Notes: generated by a model from the sequence alone, not told the origin. A DNA stretch of 64,000 bases from an uncultured Fibrobacterota bacterium (GCA_964586285.1 CAZPHU010000002.1:1499-65498); one strand, 5' to 3'. Shown: positions 54,896 to 64,000, counted from the stretch's first letter. Numbers and translations: made by a program.

Positions 54896-55375
54896 ATGAT
54901 ACGTACATCAATTGGTCAAGATTCCCACCGTTTTGAAAAGGAAAATGTTTCCAAGCCTCTTATGCTTGGCGGTGTGCATATACCGAACTGTCCCGGTTTG
55001 GCCGGTAATAGTGATGCGGATGTTATTCTTCACGCAATTACAAATGCGGTATCCGGAATAAGTGGATGTAACATTCTTGGTGAGGTGAGCGACAAACTAT
55101 GCCTTGAACAGAATATCACCGACAGTACAGTATATCTTCAACACGCGCTGAAAACTCTGGGTGAGTATAAAATTCGACATATCTCTATTTCCGTCGAATG
55201 CCGACGTCCCAAACTTTCACCTCACATAATCAGGATTAAAAAGAGAGTAGCAGATCTCCTTACGATAGATATCGATTCCGTGGGTCTGACAGCGACTAGT
55301 GGTGAAGGTCTGACTGCATTCGGGAGGGGAGAGGGGATCCAGGCTTTGGTGATCGCAACCGCACAGAAAGAATAG
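54896..55375 (+). CDS. ispF: 2-C-methyl-D-erythritol 2,4-cyclodiphosphate synthase-like protein (divergent)
   Basis: From the ATG at 54896, MIRTSIGQDSHRF...LGGVHIP...LAGNSDADVILHAITNA...TATSGEGLTAFGRGEGI follows the IspF fold pattern. The third zinc-ligand position is Asn. Confidence 0.7.
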   Translation: MIRTSIGQDSHRFEKENVSKPLMLGGVHIPNCPGLAGNSDADVILHAITNAVSGISGCNILGEVSDKLCLEQNITDSTVYLQHALKTLGEYKIRHISISVECRRPKLSPHIIRIKKRVADLLTIDIDSVGLTATSGEGLTAFGRGEGIQALVIATAQKE

Positions 55376-55460
55376 AATCGTTTGCTTGTGTTTGCTTTAG
55401 AACGAAGGATACTCGAAATTCAGGAAGATATTGGCGCGATCTCGTTATCTTGTTTTGTTT

Positions 55461-57377
55461 TCAGGGCTTTACAAGTATTTTAAAGCGTTTACGGCTTAAT
55501 TCATCGTCATTTGGATTCAAGTATTCCACAAGGGCAATATAGGTTCCGCATATTACGCTTTTCCCCGCCGTGTTCTTTGTTTTCCACAGATAGCCCGTTT
55601 TTTCGGGGTCTTGCATAAATGCCGGAGAATTATTTACGCGACTATTTTCTAAACTTGCTATCACATTTCCTTTAAGCGAATAGATCTTCACAGCTTGAAT
55701 ATTCTTTCCCATTATTCGAACCGCATCATCACGAGCAACCGGGTTTGGAAACACTGACGGTTCATGGCTCTTTGTATCGGCATAATGCTGAACATTGAAA
55801 TGCACGGAGGCTTCCAGTACATGTTCGGGATTCGTATTGGAGATCGTTACAAGTATCGTGTCGTAATGGAGCCAATTATGGATAACCTTATTGATTGCCG
55901 GCTTATGATCGGTGCTTATATCGATTATCGTATCCGGTCTGTCGCGGCTCAAAAGGATTGCCTTTACTCCCCAGGACGGGGTTTGATTTGTTTCGATGCT
56001 TATTGAAAGGCTTTCAGCCGCCTGCGGTTTCCTGACATGGGAGTAATACTCCATGCTGTATGGATCAATTGTTCGGACAATACTTTCGGAGGAATCGAGA
56101 TTATAATGCCATTGTGGTAAAAGGTTCGCTTCTTCAATGAAAACCCCCATTTTCGCCCTACTGCCTGTGAAGTAACTTTCTGTAAAAAATGAACTCATAA
56201 TATCAGACCATGACTTATTTGCCTTCAATGATGCTTTTTCGAGGAGCTGATGAAAAGAAAGAGGCTGCGAATAGCTGTACATGAACACATCACGGATAAA
56301 CTCTATGGAAGGCTCATTGTCGTAAACAGTCTCGTATAGAAAAAGAGTGATGAGGCTGTTGTGGTATAATTCTTTTGTATCATTTAAAAAGGGGTACGAA
56401 GGATCGGAGAAGAAAACATCAACGTATTGGATATAGTCATTGATGGAATCGAACGCCAGTTCTTCCATGAGGACAGCCGTACCTTCCAGCCAGGTTAAAG
56501 GAAGATAGGCAGGACCGTTGTTTTCAATTCGAGTAAGCGAATATTGAATGGCATGAAAGAATTCATGCGCCGCAGTCACACGAACGGCCTTTTCAGGATG
56601 GGTTTCGTAATCAAATCCGTCTGTATCCCAACCATCCCATTCGTTGCGGATCGAGATTATGCTGCTGAAACCGTCTTTCCCATCGATTCTCCTCCAGGGA
56701 TATGTTATGCCATAGTCACCATCCACCTGTTTTGAGATAACAACCTTGTAGCGATCCGAAAGATATCTGTATGTATTATATGGAGCAGGAGCGGGAAAGG
56801 AAAACCTTTCTACCTCCATCTGCCATGCGCTGTCAAATGCCCAGGCGACCTCATCGACATAGTCGGGTACTCCATTAGACCCCCATACTTTTCTTCGCCA
56901 ATCATTTCGATATCCATAGCCGTATGAATCTTGCGGATCAACCGCGGAATCTCCTCTAAGGGTATAATAGATTTCGAAATTGCCGGAGGGGGAAACGTAT
57001 GGGGTGAATGAATTGGGTATGTCGATGAACCGCTGGTATAGAGCGCGAAATGAAGCGCTTAAAGAGGACCAGTTGCGGGCAAGAAAGTGCATGTCCCTCT
57101 GGGTAAGCTTACGATGGTTGCTAATAGTAAAATCCGTTTTATTACCGATCTCCGCTTGAAGGAGCGGAGTTAGTGATCGCTCTATTTCTTTTATATGCTC
57201 TTGCAGGTATAACTCTTGGCGTGTGGAATTTCTTTCTTTGCCTCCAGAGTGCTGTGTCTTTGCTTCCAGGAGGTTCGGTACAAAGATACAGACCAAAATG
57301 ATTAGGAGTATACTATTGAAAGAGACTTTCTCATCGTTTTCGGGTTTGTTGTTTTGTACCATTTGAGGTTGTACCAT
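55461..57377 (-). CDS. Secreted HExxH zinc metalloprotease-like protein with a T9SS-type C-terminal domain
   Basis: 638 aa with an N-terminal signal/anchor (ILLIILVCIFVPNLL) and the motif VTAAHEFFHAIQY. Alternative in-frame start at 57362. Confidence 0.7.
   Translation of the reverse strand: MVQPQMVQNNKPENDEKVSFNSILLIILVCIFVPNLLEAKTQHSGGKERNSTRQELYLQEHIKEIERSLTPLLQAEIGNKTDFTISNHRKLTQRDMHFLARNWSSLSASFRALYQRFIDIPNSFTPYVSPSGNFEIYYTLRGDSAVDPQDSYGYGYRNDWRRKVWGSNGVPDYVDEVAWAFDSAWQMEVERFSFPAPAPYNTYRYLSDRYKVVISKQVDGDYGITYPWRRIDGKDGFSSIISIRNEWDGWDTDGFDYETHPEKAVRVTAAHEFFHAIQYSLTRIENNGPAYLPLTWLEGTAVLMEELAFDSINDYIQYVDVFFSDPSYPFLNDTKELYHNSLITLFLYETVYDNEPSIEFIRDVFMYSYSQPLSFHQLLEKASLKANKSWSDIMSSFFTESYFTGSRAKMGVFIEEANLLPQWHYNLDSSESIVRTIDPYSMEYYSHVRKPQAAESLSISIETNQTPSWGVKAILLSRDRPDTIIDISTDHKPAINKVIHNWLHYDTILVTISNTNPEHVLEASVHFNVQHYADTKSHEPSVFPNPVARDDAVRIMGKNIQAVKIYSLKGNVIASLENSRVNNSPAFMQDPEKTGYLWKTKNTAGKSVICGTYIALVEYLNPNDDELSRKRFKILVKP
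55464..55757 (-). other. C-terminal ~98-aa T9SS type-A-like sorting domain
   Basis: SVFPNPVARDDAVRIMG...AVKIYSLKGNVIASL...GYLWKTKNTAGKSVICGTYIALV...KILVKP. Confidence 0.55.
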
Positions 57378-57382
57378 TTGAG
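57354..57382 (-). repeat. 15-nt tandem duplication spanning the start codon
   Basis: The plus strand reads TTGTACCATTTGAG-g-TTGTACCATTTGAG. On the coding strand this duplicates CTCAAATGGTACAA, giving two in-frame ATGs (57377 and 57362; MVQPQMVQ). Confidence 0.8.
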
Positions 57383-57440
57383 ATTAATGCGAATACAAAA
57401 ACAGCGCTGCATTATTGTTTTTTTGGGATCCGGTCATTAT

Positions 57441-57476
57441 AAAGAAAAAAAGCGGACTCACTAACGTGCGTCCGCC
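57441..57476 (-). terminator. Candidate rho-independent terminator after the TPR gene
   Basis: On the minus strand, GCGGAC-gcacgttagtga-GTCCGC is followed by TTTTTTTCTTT. Confidence 0.55.
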
Positions 57477-57631
57477 TTCAGGGAAGTAACAGCCCCTCAA
57501 CTCTATTGCCGGTACTCGTAGGTTTTGGGGAAGCTAAGAGCAGCCGGACACACACAAGGGAGGTGCAGAGTGTCTCGGGTGTTGTACATTTGTTTATATC
57601 GGCTCTGCAAACAGAGCACTTTAATTTTTTC

Positions 57632-58402
57632 TCAGGCATTTTTGAAATCTTCTTCTATTTCCTTCAAAGACTGAAATTCTTCCGCGTAAAAATTGTAGAT
57701 TTTTTTCGCATCATCCACATTTCCCGTCTGACGAGCCGCGTCCAGAAGATTCAGGTAGGTGTCGTTATTAGTTGGGTTAAGTTTGATCGATTCAAAAAAC
57801 AGTGAAAAAGCATCTTTGTATCTCTGTTGATAATATGATATGATACCTAAGCCGTTGAATGTTTCGGCACTGGGACCTTCGGTATCGTTTATTGCGATAT
57901 ATTCGGCCATGGCTTCGTTTAGTTTTCCCTCTTCCAACAAAGCGTTTGCCTGTTCTATCCTGGGATTATAAACACCGACTTTCATGGCTCTTTCGGAGCT
58001 GTAGATCTCGTCTCCCTGTGTCTCTATACTTTCGGCCAGGATAGAAATTTCCTGAAGATCGGGGTTTTTGGAAAGCGCCTCTTTCAGGAAAGGAAGAACC
58101 TGATCGATTCTTCTAAGCTTAAGGCCGGCATCAAAGAAATTAACAAGTGCATCGGTGTAATCGGCTTTAATAGAACAGGCCAGTTTAAACATCGACCATG
58201 AATCTTCCCACGCCTTCTGAATCCAGGAAATGATCCCCATATCATTGTATGCGCGCCAGTTTTGAGGATCCTGCTCGACTACTTTTACCAGAATGCGTGC
58301 GGCGGCAGGGAGGTCTCCTTTGTTGATATACTCCTCGGCTTGTAGGTTTTCTTCAAGAAAACGCTCCTGATGCGACATTTCATTTTGTGTATCTTCACTC
58401 AT
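57632..58402 (-). CDS. TPR-repeat protein
   Basis: 256 aa with repeated 34-aa TPR-like units (WRAYNDMGII..., AETFNGLGIISYYQQRYKDAFSLFFESIKLNP). Confidence 0.75.
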   Translation of the reverse strand: MSEDTQNEMSHQERFLEENLQAEEYINKGDLPAAARILVKVVEQDPQNWRAYNDMGIISWIQKAWEDSWSMFKLACSIKADYTDALVNFFDAGLKLRRIDQVLPFLKEALSKNPDLQEISILAESIETQGDEIYSSERAMKVGVYNPRIEQANALLEEGKLNEAMAEYIAINDTEGPSAETFNGLGIISYYQQRYKDAFSLFFESIKLNPTNNDTYLNLLDAARQTGNVDDAKKIYNFYAEEFQSLKEIEEDFKNA

Positions 58403-58948
58403 GAAGGACCTTTCTTAGATTATGCCTTTGTCTTTATTTAATATGCATCTATTACATGATATTGTCAACTCTTGAGTTACAAACACTTTAAATGATTTTA
58501 TCCGGTTTGTAAGAAACGATACTGATGAGTTAAGTTCGGTTTAGTCTGAGGTAGTGTGAACTTGCTTGATGTCTTGTTTTTTTGCGCCTGTTACAAAGTG
58601 TGCATATGCACAAATCTTTAATCGTAAATATTACGATTATCTACCTTCAATACTTTCTTTTGTTTACGCGTTTTAGGATATGAATATTAATGTTTTAGCC
58701 TAAAAACCGGAGTTATTTCAGTCCTGAGAAAAAGGCATCGATTGAACAAACACAATTTTGGCCAACGATCAGGTGTGGTTTTGAACCGTGTAGTACATTA
58801 CTCTTCCAAAACTCCTAAAAAAGAAGCCTCAAGCTACTCATATGCGATTACTATGGAAGAATTAAGTATATTCATATTCGACCCGGGGAGGGAAATGATA
58901 TTTGATATATGTTACTTTTTCAAATATTTAGCCAATGGAGAGGGAAAA

Positions 58949-59254
58949 ATGATCAAACACGTAGTGATTTGGAAACTCAAGGAAACGGCTATGGGAGCAA
59001 CCAAGTATGAAAACGCTCTGGCAATGAAAACGCGTCTGGAAGCCTTGAGTGAAAAAATACCTCAAATTATTTCCATCGAAGTCGGCATCAATATAACCGT
59101 TTCTGCAACAGCGGGAGATGTAGTTTTGATTTCCACCTTTGCCGACGACGAGGCCCTGGAGACCTATACGAATCATCCCGAGCATAAAAAAGTCGCGGAC
59201 TTTGTATCTTCAGTTCGCCTGGAGCGTACAGTTGTGGACTATGTGGTGAATTAG
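58949..59254 (+). CDS. Dabb (stress-responsive alpha/beta-barrel) domain protein
   Basis: 101 aa from the ATG at 58949 (GGAGAGGGA upstream). MIKHVVIWKLKE...ISTFADDEALETYTNHPEHKKV is the typical Dabb pattern. The longer ORF-track N-terminus is unsupported. Confidence 0.8.
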   Translation: MIKHVVIWKLKETAMGATKYENALAMKTRLEALSEKIPQIISIEVGINITVSATAGDVVLISTFADDEALETYTNHPEHKKVADFVSSVRLERTVVDYVVN

Positions 59255-59261
59255 GAAAGCA

Positions 59262-59294
59262 GAGTAGAACATTGCAGGTTCTGCTCCTTTATTT
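59262..59294 (+). terminator. Candidate rho-independent terminator after the Dabb gene
   Basis: GAGTAGAAC-attgcag-GTTCTGCTC is a 9-bp stem with one G-U pair, followed by CTTTATTT. Confidence 0.55.
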
Positions 59295-59685
59295 GAGTCT
59301 CATTTAGATGTGAATCGCCGGTTTTTGCAGTTAAATTACCGGAAATAGTTACCTGCGGCCAATCTATCATTCCAAGAGACCAAATAATCGTACTTATTAT
59401 TCAGACATTACACTCCATTCTCCAAGCGGGAGCGGAGACAAATGGCTCTGCCGAATATTTTAATGCATGTCGTGGATTATCTCGAAAAATGACACGAGGT
59501 TTCCGGTTTATCCGATGTAGTTTCGTGTCGTTTCGGGTCGGTCTGTGCGTTCGGCTTGGGTTTCGAAAACCTCATGCCGGCTGGGGGAGGATTTGTTAAC
59601 AGCCAACACTCTTTTGCATCAGAGATGCGGCATGCAGTAATTTTAGCCTCTGTTTTTTAGGAAATGTGTCTTTCAAGGAGAGAGA

Positions 59686-61626
59686 ATGATGGGCAAAAAT
59701 ATCGTCCGGAAGATTATGGATTCACATATTGTAGAGGGTGAACCGGCAGCGGGTAAGGAAGTTGGTATTCGTATAGACCAGACTCTTACTCAAGATGCTA
59801 CAGGGACAATGGCCTACCTTCAATTTGAAGCACTGGGCTTTGATCGGGTAAAAACCGAATTGTCGGTATCTTATGTCGATCACAACACGATTCAGGAAGG
59901 ATTTGAAAACGCCGATGATCACCGATACCTTGAAACTGTGGCGCGCAAGTACGGGATCTTGTTTTCGAAACCGGGCAACGGTATATGCCATCAGGTGCAT
60001 TTGGAACGATTTGGCCTTCCCGGCAAAACACTTCTGGGCAGCGATTCCCATACACCGACAAATGGGGGAATCGGCATGATTGCTATCGGAGCCGGGGGCT
60101 TAGATGTGGCGGTTGCGATGGGAGGCGGCCCATTCTACATGCCTTATCCCAAAGTGGTTAAAGTAGAATTGACCGGAAAGTTGCGCCCCTGGGTCGCCGC
60201 CAAGGATATCATTCTAAAAGTTCTTGAGATCCTTTCGACAAAAGGCAATGTGGGGACAATCATTGAATACGGTGGGGAAGGCGTTAAGACGCTTTCGGTT
60301 CCTCAACGTTCTACGGTTACCAATATGGGAGCGGAGCTGGGTGTAACTACATCTGTTTTCCCCTCGGATGAGATTACTCATGAGTTTTTAAAAGCTCAAA
60401 AGCGCGAAGAGGGATACGTACTTCTGGAAGCCGATGCTGATGCGGAGTATGATCGCGTGATAGAAATCGATCTTTCTACTCTTGAACCACGCGCGGCCTG
60501 TCCGCACTCTCCCGGTAATATCAAGACACTCAAAGAGCTGGGCGGAACTAAGGTTGATCAGGTACTAATCGGTTCGTGCACTAATTCCTCTTATCAGGAT
60601 ATAATGACTATTGCGGCTGCACTAAAAGGTAAAAAGGTCGCTCCGGGAGTTTCTTTCGGAGTATCGTGCGGCTCACGTCAGGTGCTTGAGATGGTCGGCA
60701 GAAACGGTGCCCTGGCCGACATTATAAGTGCAGGTGCCAGATTGCTTGAAAGCGCATGTGGTTTTTGTATCGGAAATTCCATGGCACCCAAAACGAATGC
60801 GGTTTCGGTCAGAACATCAAACCGTAACTTCTTTGGAAGAAGCGGTACTACGAGCGCTGATGTTTACCTTGTCTCACCCGAAGCAGCTGTCGCGGCCGCC
60901 TTGTCGGGGGAATTGATCGATCCAACCGAATACTTTGGAGCCAATGATTTCCCAGCAGTCGAGCAGCCCTCGGAATTTTTGATTGACGACTCGATGATTC
61001 TTCAACCATCCCGCAATCCGGCCGATATTACCGTTGAGCGCGGTCCCAATATAGGCAATCCGCCCGCAAGTGATGAATGTGCCGATACAATCGAAGGGGT
61101 TGCGACTATAAAGGTTGAAGACAAAATTACTACCGATCATATCATGCCGGCCGGAAGCCGTTTGAAATATCGATCCAACATACCAAAGTATGCCGACTTC
61201 GTTTTTGAGAGAACCGATCCGGACTTTGCCGGCAATGCTTTAGCAAACAAGGAAAAAGGCATAGCCAACATAATAGTTGCAGGAGAGTCTTACGGACAGG
61301 GATCATCACGCGAACACGCCGCGATATGCCCGATGTATCTGGGAGTCAAAATGGTTATAGCCAAATCGACCGAACGAATTCACAGGGCTAACCTCATCAA
61401 TTTTGGCATAATCCCGGCAGCTTTCGCAAATCCCGCGGATTATGAAAAAATCAATCAAGGGGATGAACTTTCGGTTCAAGCGGTGCGAGAGGCGATACAA
61501 AAAGGGACCGATCTTTCCCTGCACAACAAAAGTAGCAAAGAGACTATCATGCTTAGGGTAGAAATTTCGGACCGGGAAAGAGAAATCCTTCTGGCCGGCG
61601 GGAAAATAAACGCCACTAAGAAGTAA
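59686..61626 (+). CDS. Aconitate hydratase (short, ~650-aa single-chain aconitase-family enzyme)
   Basis: 646 aa with Fe-S ligand regions GSDSHT, IGSCTNSS and CGFCIG, plus a C-terminal swivel domain GESYGQGSSREHAA. Confidence 0.85.
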   Translation: MMGKNIVRKIMDSHIVEGEPAAGKEVGIRIDQTLTQDATGTMAYLQFEALGFDRVKTELSVSYVDHNTIQEGFENADDHRYLETVARKYGILFSKPGNGICHQVHLERFGLPGKTLLGSDSHTPTNGGIGMIAIGAGGLDVAVAMGGGPFYMPYPKVVKVELTGKLRPWVAAKDIILKVLEILSTKGNVGTIIEYGGEGVKTLSVPQRSTVTNMGAELGVTTSVFPSDEITHEFLKAQKREEGYVLLEADADAEYDRVIEIDLSTLEPRAACPHSPGNIKTLKELGGTKVDQVLIGSCTNSSYQDIMTIAAALKGKKVAPGVSFGVSCGSRQVLEMVGRNGALADIISAGARLLESACGFCIGNSMAPKTNAVSVRTSNRNFFGRSGTTSADVYLVSPEAAVAAALSGELIDPTEYFGANDFPAVEQPSEFLIDDSMILQPSRNPADITVERGPNIGNPPASDECADTIEGVATIKVEDKITTDHIMPAGSRLKYRSNIPKYADFVFERTDPDFAGNALANKEKGIANIIVAGESYGQGSSREHAAICPMYLGVKMVIAKSTERIHRANLINFGIIPAAFANPADYEKINQGDELSVQAVREAIQKGTDLSLHNKSSKETIMLRVEISDREREILLAGGKINATKK

Positions 61627-61663
61627 ACGATAAATCGATCGAAGAAAAATAGAGACCGATAAG

Positions 61664-61699
61664 GAGAGGGAGACACAGAGATGTTTGTGTCTCCCTCTC
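61664..61699. terminator. Perfect 13-bp GC-rich hairpin between convergent genes
   Basis: GAGAGGGAGACAC-agagatgttt-GTGTCTCCCTCTC. There is no strong U-tract on either side. It probably acts as a transcript-end or stability element for the aconitase (+) and/or kinase (-) genes. Confidence 0.5.
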
Positions 61700-61818
61700 T
61701 GATTGTAGCCTTAATTATGCTTTTAGATTGAGTCAATGATTCGACAAAAGATCGCATTATAGTTTACTCTGATGTCTGAGACACACGGAGAGGTGGCCAA
61801 ACAAAGCAACCGAGAGAT

Positions 61819-63483
61819 CTACCCCTTTTCAAAAGCATTTTTTACCCCGGTGAGCAGCTCGGGGAGAAAGTAAGGTTTGCGGATGAAATTATAGCCGCTG
61901 ACTTCTATCTGTCTTAATTGTGCTTTTTGGTCTGGGTATCCGCTGGTAAGAAGAACTTTTATAGATTGATTAATTTGTACAAATCGATTGATCAGATCAA
62001 ATCCTGACATGTCGGGAAGAACAACATCCGACAATACCATGTCGAATTTATTCTCGTGCGCCGTAAATTTCTTTTGGGCTTCTTGTGCACTTCCAGCCGC
62101 GACTACCCTGTAGCCGTACTCGATCAAGGCTCGTCGTGCAAACTTGCGAACAGACTCTTCGTCTTCGATGAGCAAAATGCATTCACCATTTCCCATTAAT
62201 CGCTCAAAATCATATTTTTTGTGTTCGCAACACTGATCTTTAACCCTGAAGCTTGGCAAAAAAATTGAAAATTCGGTTCCGCTATTCGGTTTGCTTTCGA
62301 TTTGAATCCACCCTCCATGCTGTTTGATTATTCCATGAACAACCGATAATCCAAGGCCGGTTCCTTTTCCATTCTCCTTTGTGCTGAAAAATGGTTCGAA
62401 TATTTTTGAGGTTATGGATGGATCCATCCCAGTGCCGGTGTCCTTGAACGTCAGACAAACCATTTCTCCCCCTCTAGCACCAGGGTAATTTCGGCACTCT
62501 TTTTCTTTAATCAAAACGTTTTCTACTCTTATCGTCAGCTTCCCCCCTCGGGGCATTGCATCCCTTGCATTTACCGCAAGATTAAGGATAACCTGTTCGA
62601 GCTGAGCCGGGTCAGCCTTTACCTGAGTCGGGGTGGGGGATGATTGTGAGTGAAGGGTTATATCCTCACCAATAAGATAGCGAAGCAGGCTCTGCATTTC
62701 TTCGACAATTCGGTTGAGATCCAGCACCTTTTTTTGAACAATTTTGCGCCTGCTGAATGCCAATAACTGTCGGGTTATAGCCGCCGCACGTCGAGCGGCA
62801 CTGTGTATCTCATCGATATCATCACGAAACGGGCTGTCTACACCCATTCGTTTCATCACAAGATCGCTGTAGCCTGTTATTACCATCAGGAGATTATTGA
62901 AGTCGTGAGTTATACCTCCCGTTAAACGACCAACAGTTTCCATCTTTTGAGCCTGTATAAGCTGTGCCTGAATGTGTTGTTTTTCAGTTTCAGCCTGTCT
63001 GAGAAGTTTTTCCGACCTGCTCAGTGCCATTTCAACCTGAGTCGGTTCCGTAGCAATTGAGACAATAAAACAGCTTCCTTGCTCCTCTGTCGAACACCAT
63101 TTTGAGGCATGAAGCATTGCAAACCGGCCCACTCCTGAGACTGTTTTCAGCCTGAAATTCTCTTTCCGGCTTGCAGGGTAATTTGGTGTATTTTCAAGAA
63201 AATCGGCAAAAATGTCGCGCTCTCCAAAGGCAACGATTTCCGCAAAACTACTTCCAACCAGATAATTGGAGGAGTCAGCCTCGAAAATGGTCCGGGCGCA
63301 GGGGGTGGCGTTTGTAATTATTAAATTGGAATCTAAAAACAGGATAGGAAAGGGACTTTCGGATAGAAAGGCTTTCAGGCGGTTTTCTTCCGAAGATGCA
63401 GATTCCATATCATTTTTACGGTTAGTCGCACCGTGTTCGCTATGAAAATTTGCGTCGTATTTTGATTGTGTGGCTTTTTTCAA
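61819..63483 (-). CDS. Hybrid sensor histidine kinase (PAS - HisKA - HATPase_c - REC)
   Basis: H-box GGITHDFNNLL, NLAVNARDAM, DTGTGM, GTGLGLSV, and a receiver ILLIEDE...LSDVVLPDMSG...KPY. The 63483 start is TTG; an ATG alternative lies at 63408. Confidence 0.9.
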   Translation of the reverse strand: MKKATQSKYDANFHSEHGATNRKNDMESASSEENRLKAFLSESPFPILFLDSNLIITNATPCARTIFEADSSNYLVGSSFAEIVAFGERDIFADFLENTPNYPASRKENFRLKTVSGVGRFAMLHASKWCSTEEQGSCFIVSIATEPTQVEMALSRSEKLLRQAETEKQHIQAQLIQAQKMETVGRLTGGITHDFNNLLMVITGYSDLVMKRMGVDSPFRDDIDEIHSAARRAAAITRQLLAFSRRKIVQKKVLDLNRIVEEMQSLLRYLIGEDITLHSQSSPTPTQVKADPAQLEQVILNLAVNARDAMPRGGKLTIRVENVLIKEKECRNYPGARGGEMVCLTFKDTGTGMDPSITSKIFEPFFSTKENGKGTGLGLSVVHGIIKQHGGWIQIESKPNSGTEFSIFLPSFRVKDQCCEHKKYDFERLMGNGECILLIEDEESVRKFARRALIEYGYRVVAAGSAQEAQKKFTAHENKFDMVLSDVVLPDMSGFDLINRFVQINQSIKVLLTSGYPDQKAQLRQIEVSGYNFIRKPYFLPELLTGVKNAFEKG

Positions 63484-63705
63484 GTACTCAGACCCTATAG
63501 GTAGTTTAGGATGTCGTTTAAACGATACGGGAATTCCGCGGAATCACATCCTGCCCTGCGGGAGGACAGCATCTGGTTCATCGATGGTACCTTTTCCCTG
63601 TTTTGCTCCCCAGTGCCGAAAAAGCCGGGGCCCTGCTTTGCACTGATAATTTCCCTTAATGTAGTATATCATCCTAAAAAGATTATTTCCAGCGCTTCTG
63701 CCGAA

Positions 63706-63746
63706 TAAAATGAAAAAGGGTTGTCTCTCATGGAGAGACAACCCTT
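63706..63746 (-). terminator. Strong rho-independent terminator after the NifU-like gene
   Basis: On the minus strand, GGGTTGTCTCTC-cat-GAGAGACAACCC is a 12-bp perfect stem followed by TTTTTCATTTT. Confidence 0.85.
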
Positions 63747-63770
63747 ATCAACCACCGACTAAAATCGCGC

Positions 63771-63998
63771 TCAGGTATGTTTTACTTTCAGCTCGGGCAA
63801 AACTTTTTTCTTTAGAATATCTTCAACCACCGACTCCTGAGTAGCGCCTGCGAATGCACAGCCGGCACAGGAGCCCTCCAGGCGAATCAGCACCGTGTTA
63901 CCTTTAACGTCTACAAGCGTGCAGTCTCCGCCGTCTTTTTGAAGGATTGGTCTTATTTCTTCGTCGAGTACTTTTCGTATCTTGTCGATTTTCTCCAC
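63771..63998 (-). CDS. NifU-like C-terminal-domain protein (may extend beyond the window)
   Basis: IRPILQKDGGDCTLVDVKGNTVLIRLEGSCAGCAFAGATQ is the NifU C-terminal CxxC pattern. The apparent GTG start sits 2 nt from the window edge. Confidence 0.75.
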   Translation of the reverse strand: MEKIDKIRKVLDEEIRPILQKDGGDCTLVDVKGNTVLIRLEGSCAGCAFAGATQESVVEDILKKKVLPELKVKHT

Positions 63999-64000
63999 TG

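Noticed and set aside
63511-63741. Two overlapping 65-aa ORFs on opposite strands between the hybrid kinase and the NifU-like gene.
   Set aside because: They are mutually antisense with no ribosome-binding sites, and the region contains the strong NifU terminator hairpin. Most likely non-coding.
1-64000. A search by eye for CRISPR arrays, tRNA/rRNA genes, transposases, integrases, toxin-antitoxin pairs and known defence-system hallmarks.
   Set aside because: No spaced direct repeats were found. No T-loop (GGTTCGAAT-type) cloverleaf candidates were found in any intergenic region. No recombinase or transposase motifs appear in the ORF set. All intergenic gaps are under 550 nt. A computational scan (tRNAscan-SE, Infernal/Rfam, CRISPR finders, DefenseFinder/PADLOC) is still needed to be sure.

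Overview
This is a 64-kb chromosomal segment. Hand counts put most coding DNA at about 42-47% GC. It holds roughly 50 tightly packed protein genes on both strands, many joined by ATGA start/stop overlaps (2125, 3342, 14520, 21171, 28601, 37717, 38823, 39707, 43267). I recognised no rRNA, tRNA, CRISPR array, transposase, integrase or prophage genes.

Most of the content is housekeeping: an M16 peptidase pair, folK-dNK-panC, gcvT-H-PA-PB, topA, polB, serS, trxA, rnhC, ispF, an aconitase and a NifU-like gene. Signalling genes are interspersed: three PAS hybrid histidine kinases and a REC/RsbW-like fusion. Envelope and secretion genes are also present:
- a 1,992-aa GH8-like multi-Ig surface protein and an HExxH protease, each ending in a ~98-aa T9SS/FlgD-Ig-like C-terminal domain
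- M23 peptidase, GT9, membrane GT2, ComEC and an LRR protein

The T9SS-type tails suggest an FCB-group-like organism, but this cannot be confirmed without a database search.

I see no clear-cut new multi-gene system such as a defence island. The best leads are:
1. a cobalamin-type radical-SAM enzyme translationally coupled to a membrane GT2 (HpnJ/HpnI-like, with no hopanoid context)
2. an orphan Nif11-type small protein with a leader-like N-terminus
3. a degenerate adenylate-kinase-fold gene coupled to polB
4. an ABC exporter with an extra N-terminal domain plus a DUF1854 partner
5. a strong GC mosaic inside the giant surface-protein gene
6. an IspF with a zinc-ligand His replaced by Asn

All family calls rest on motifs read by eye and on recalled family knowledge. 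Start codons are provisional.
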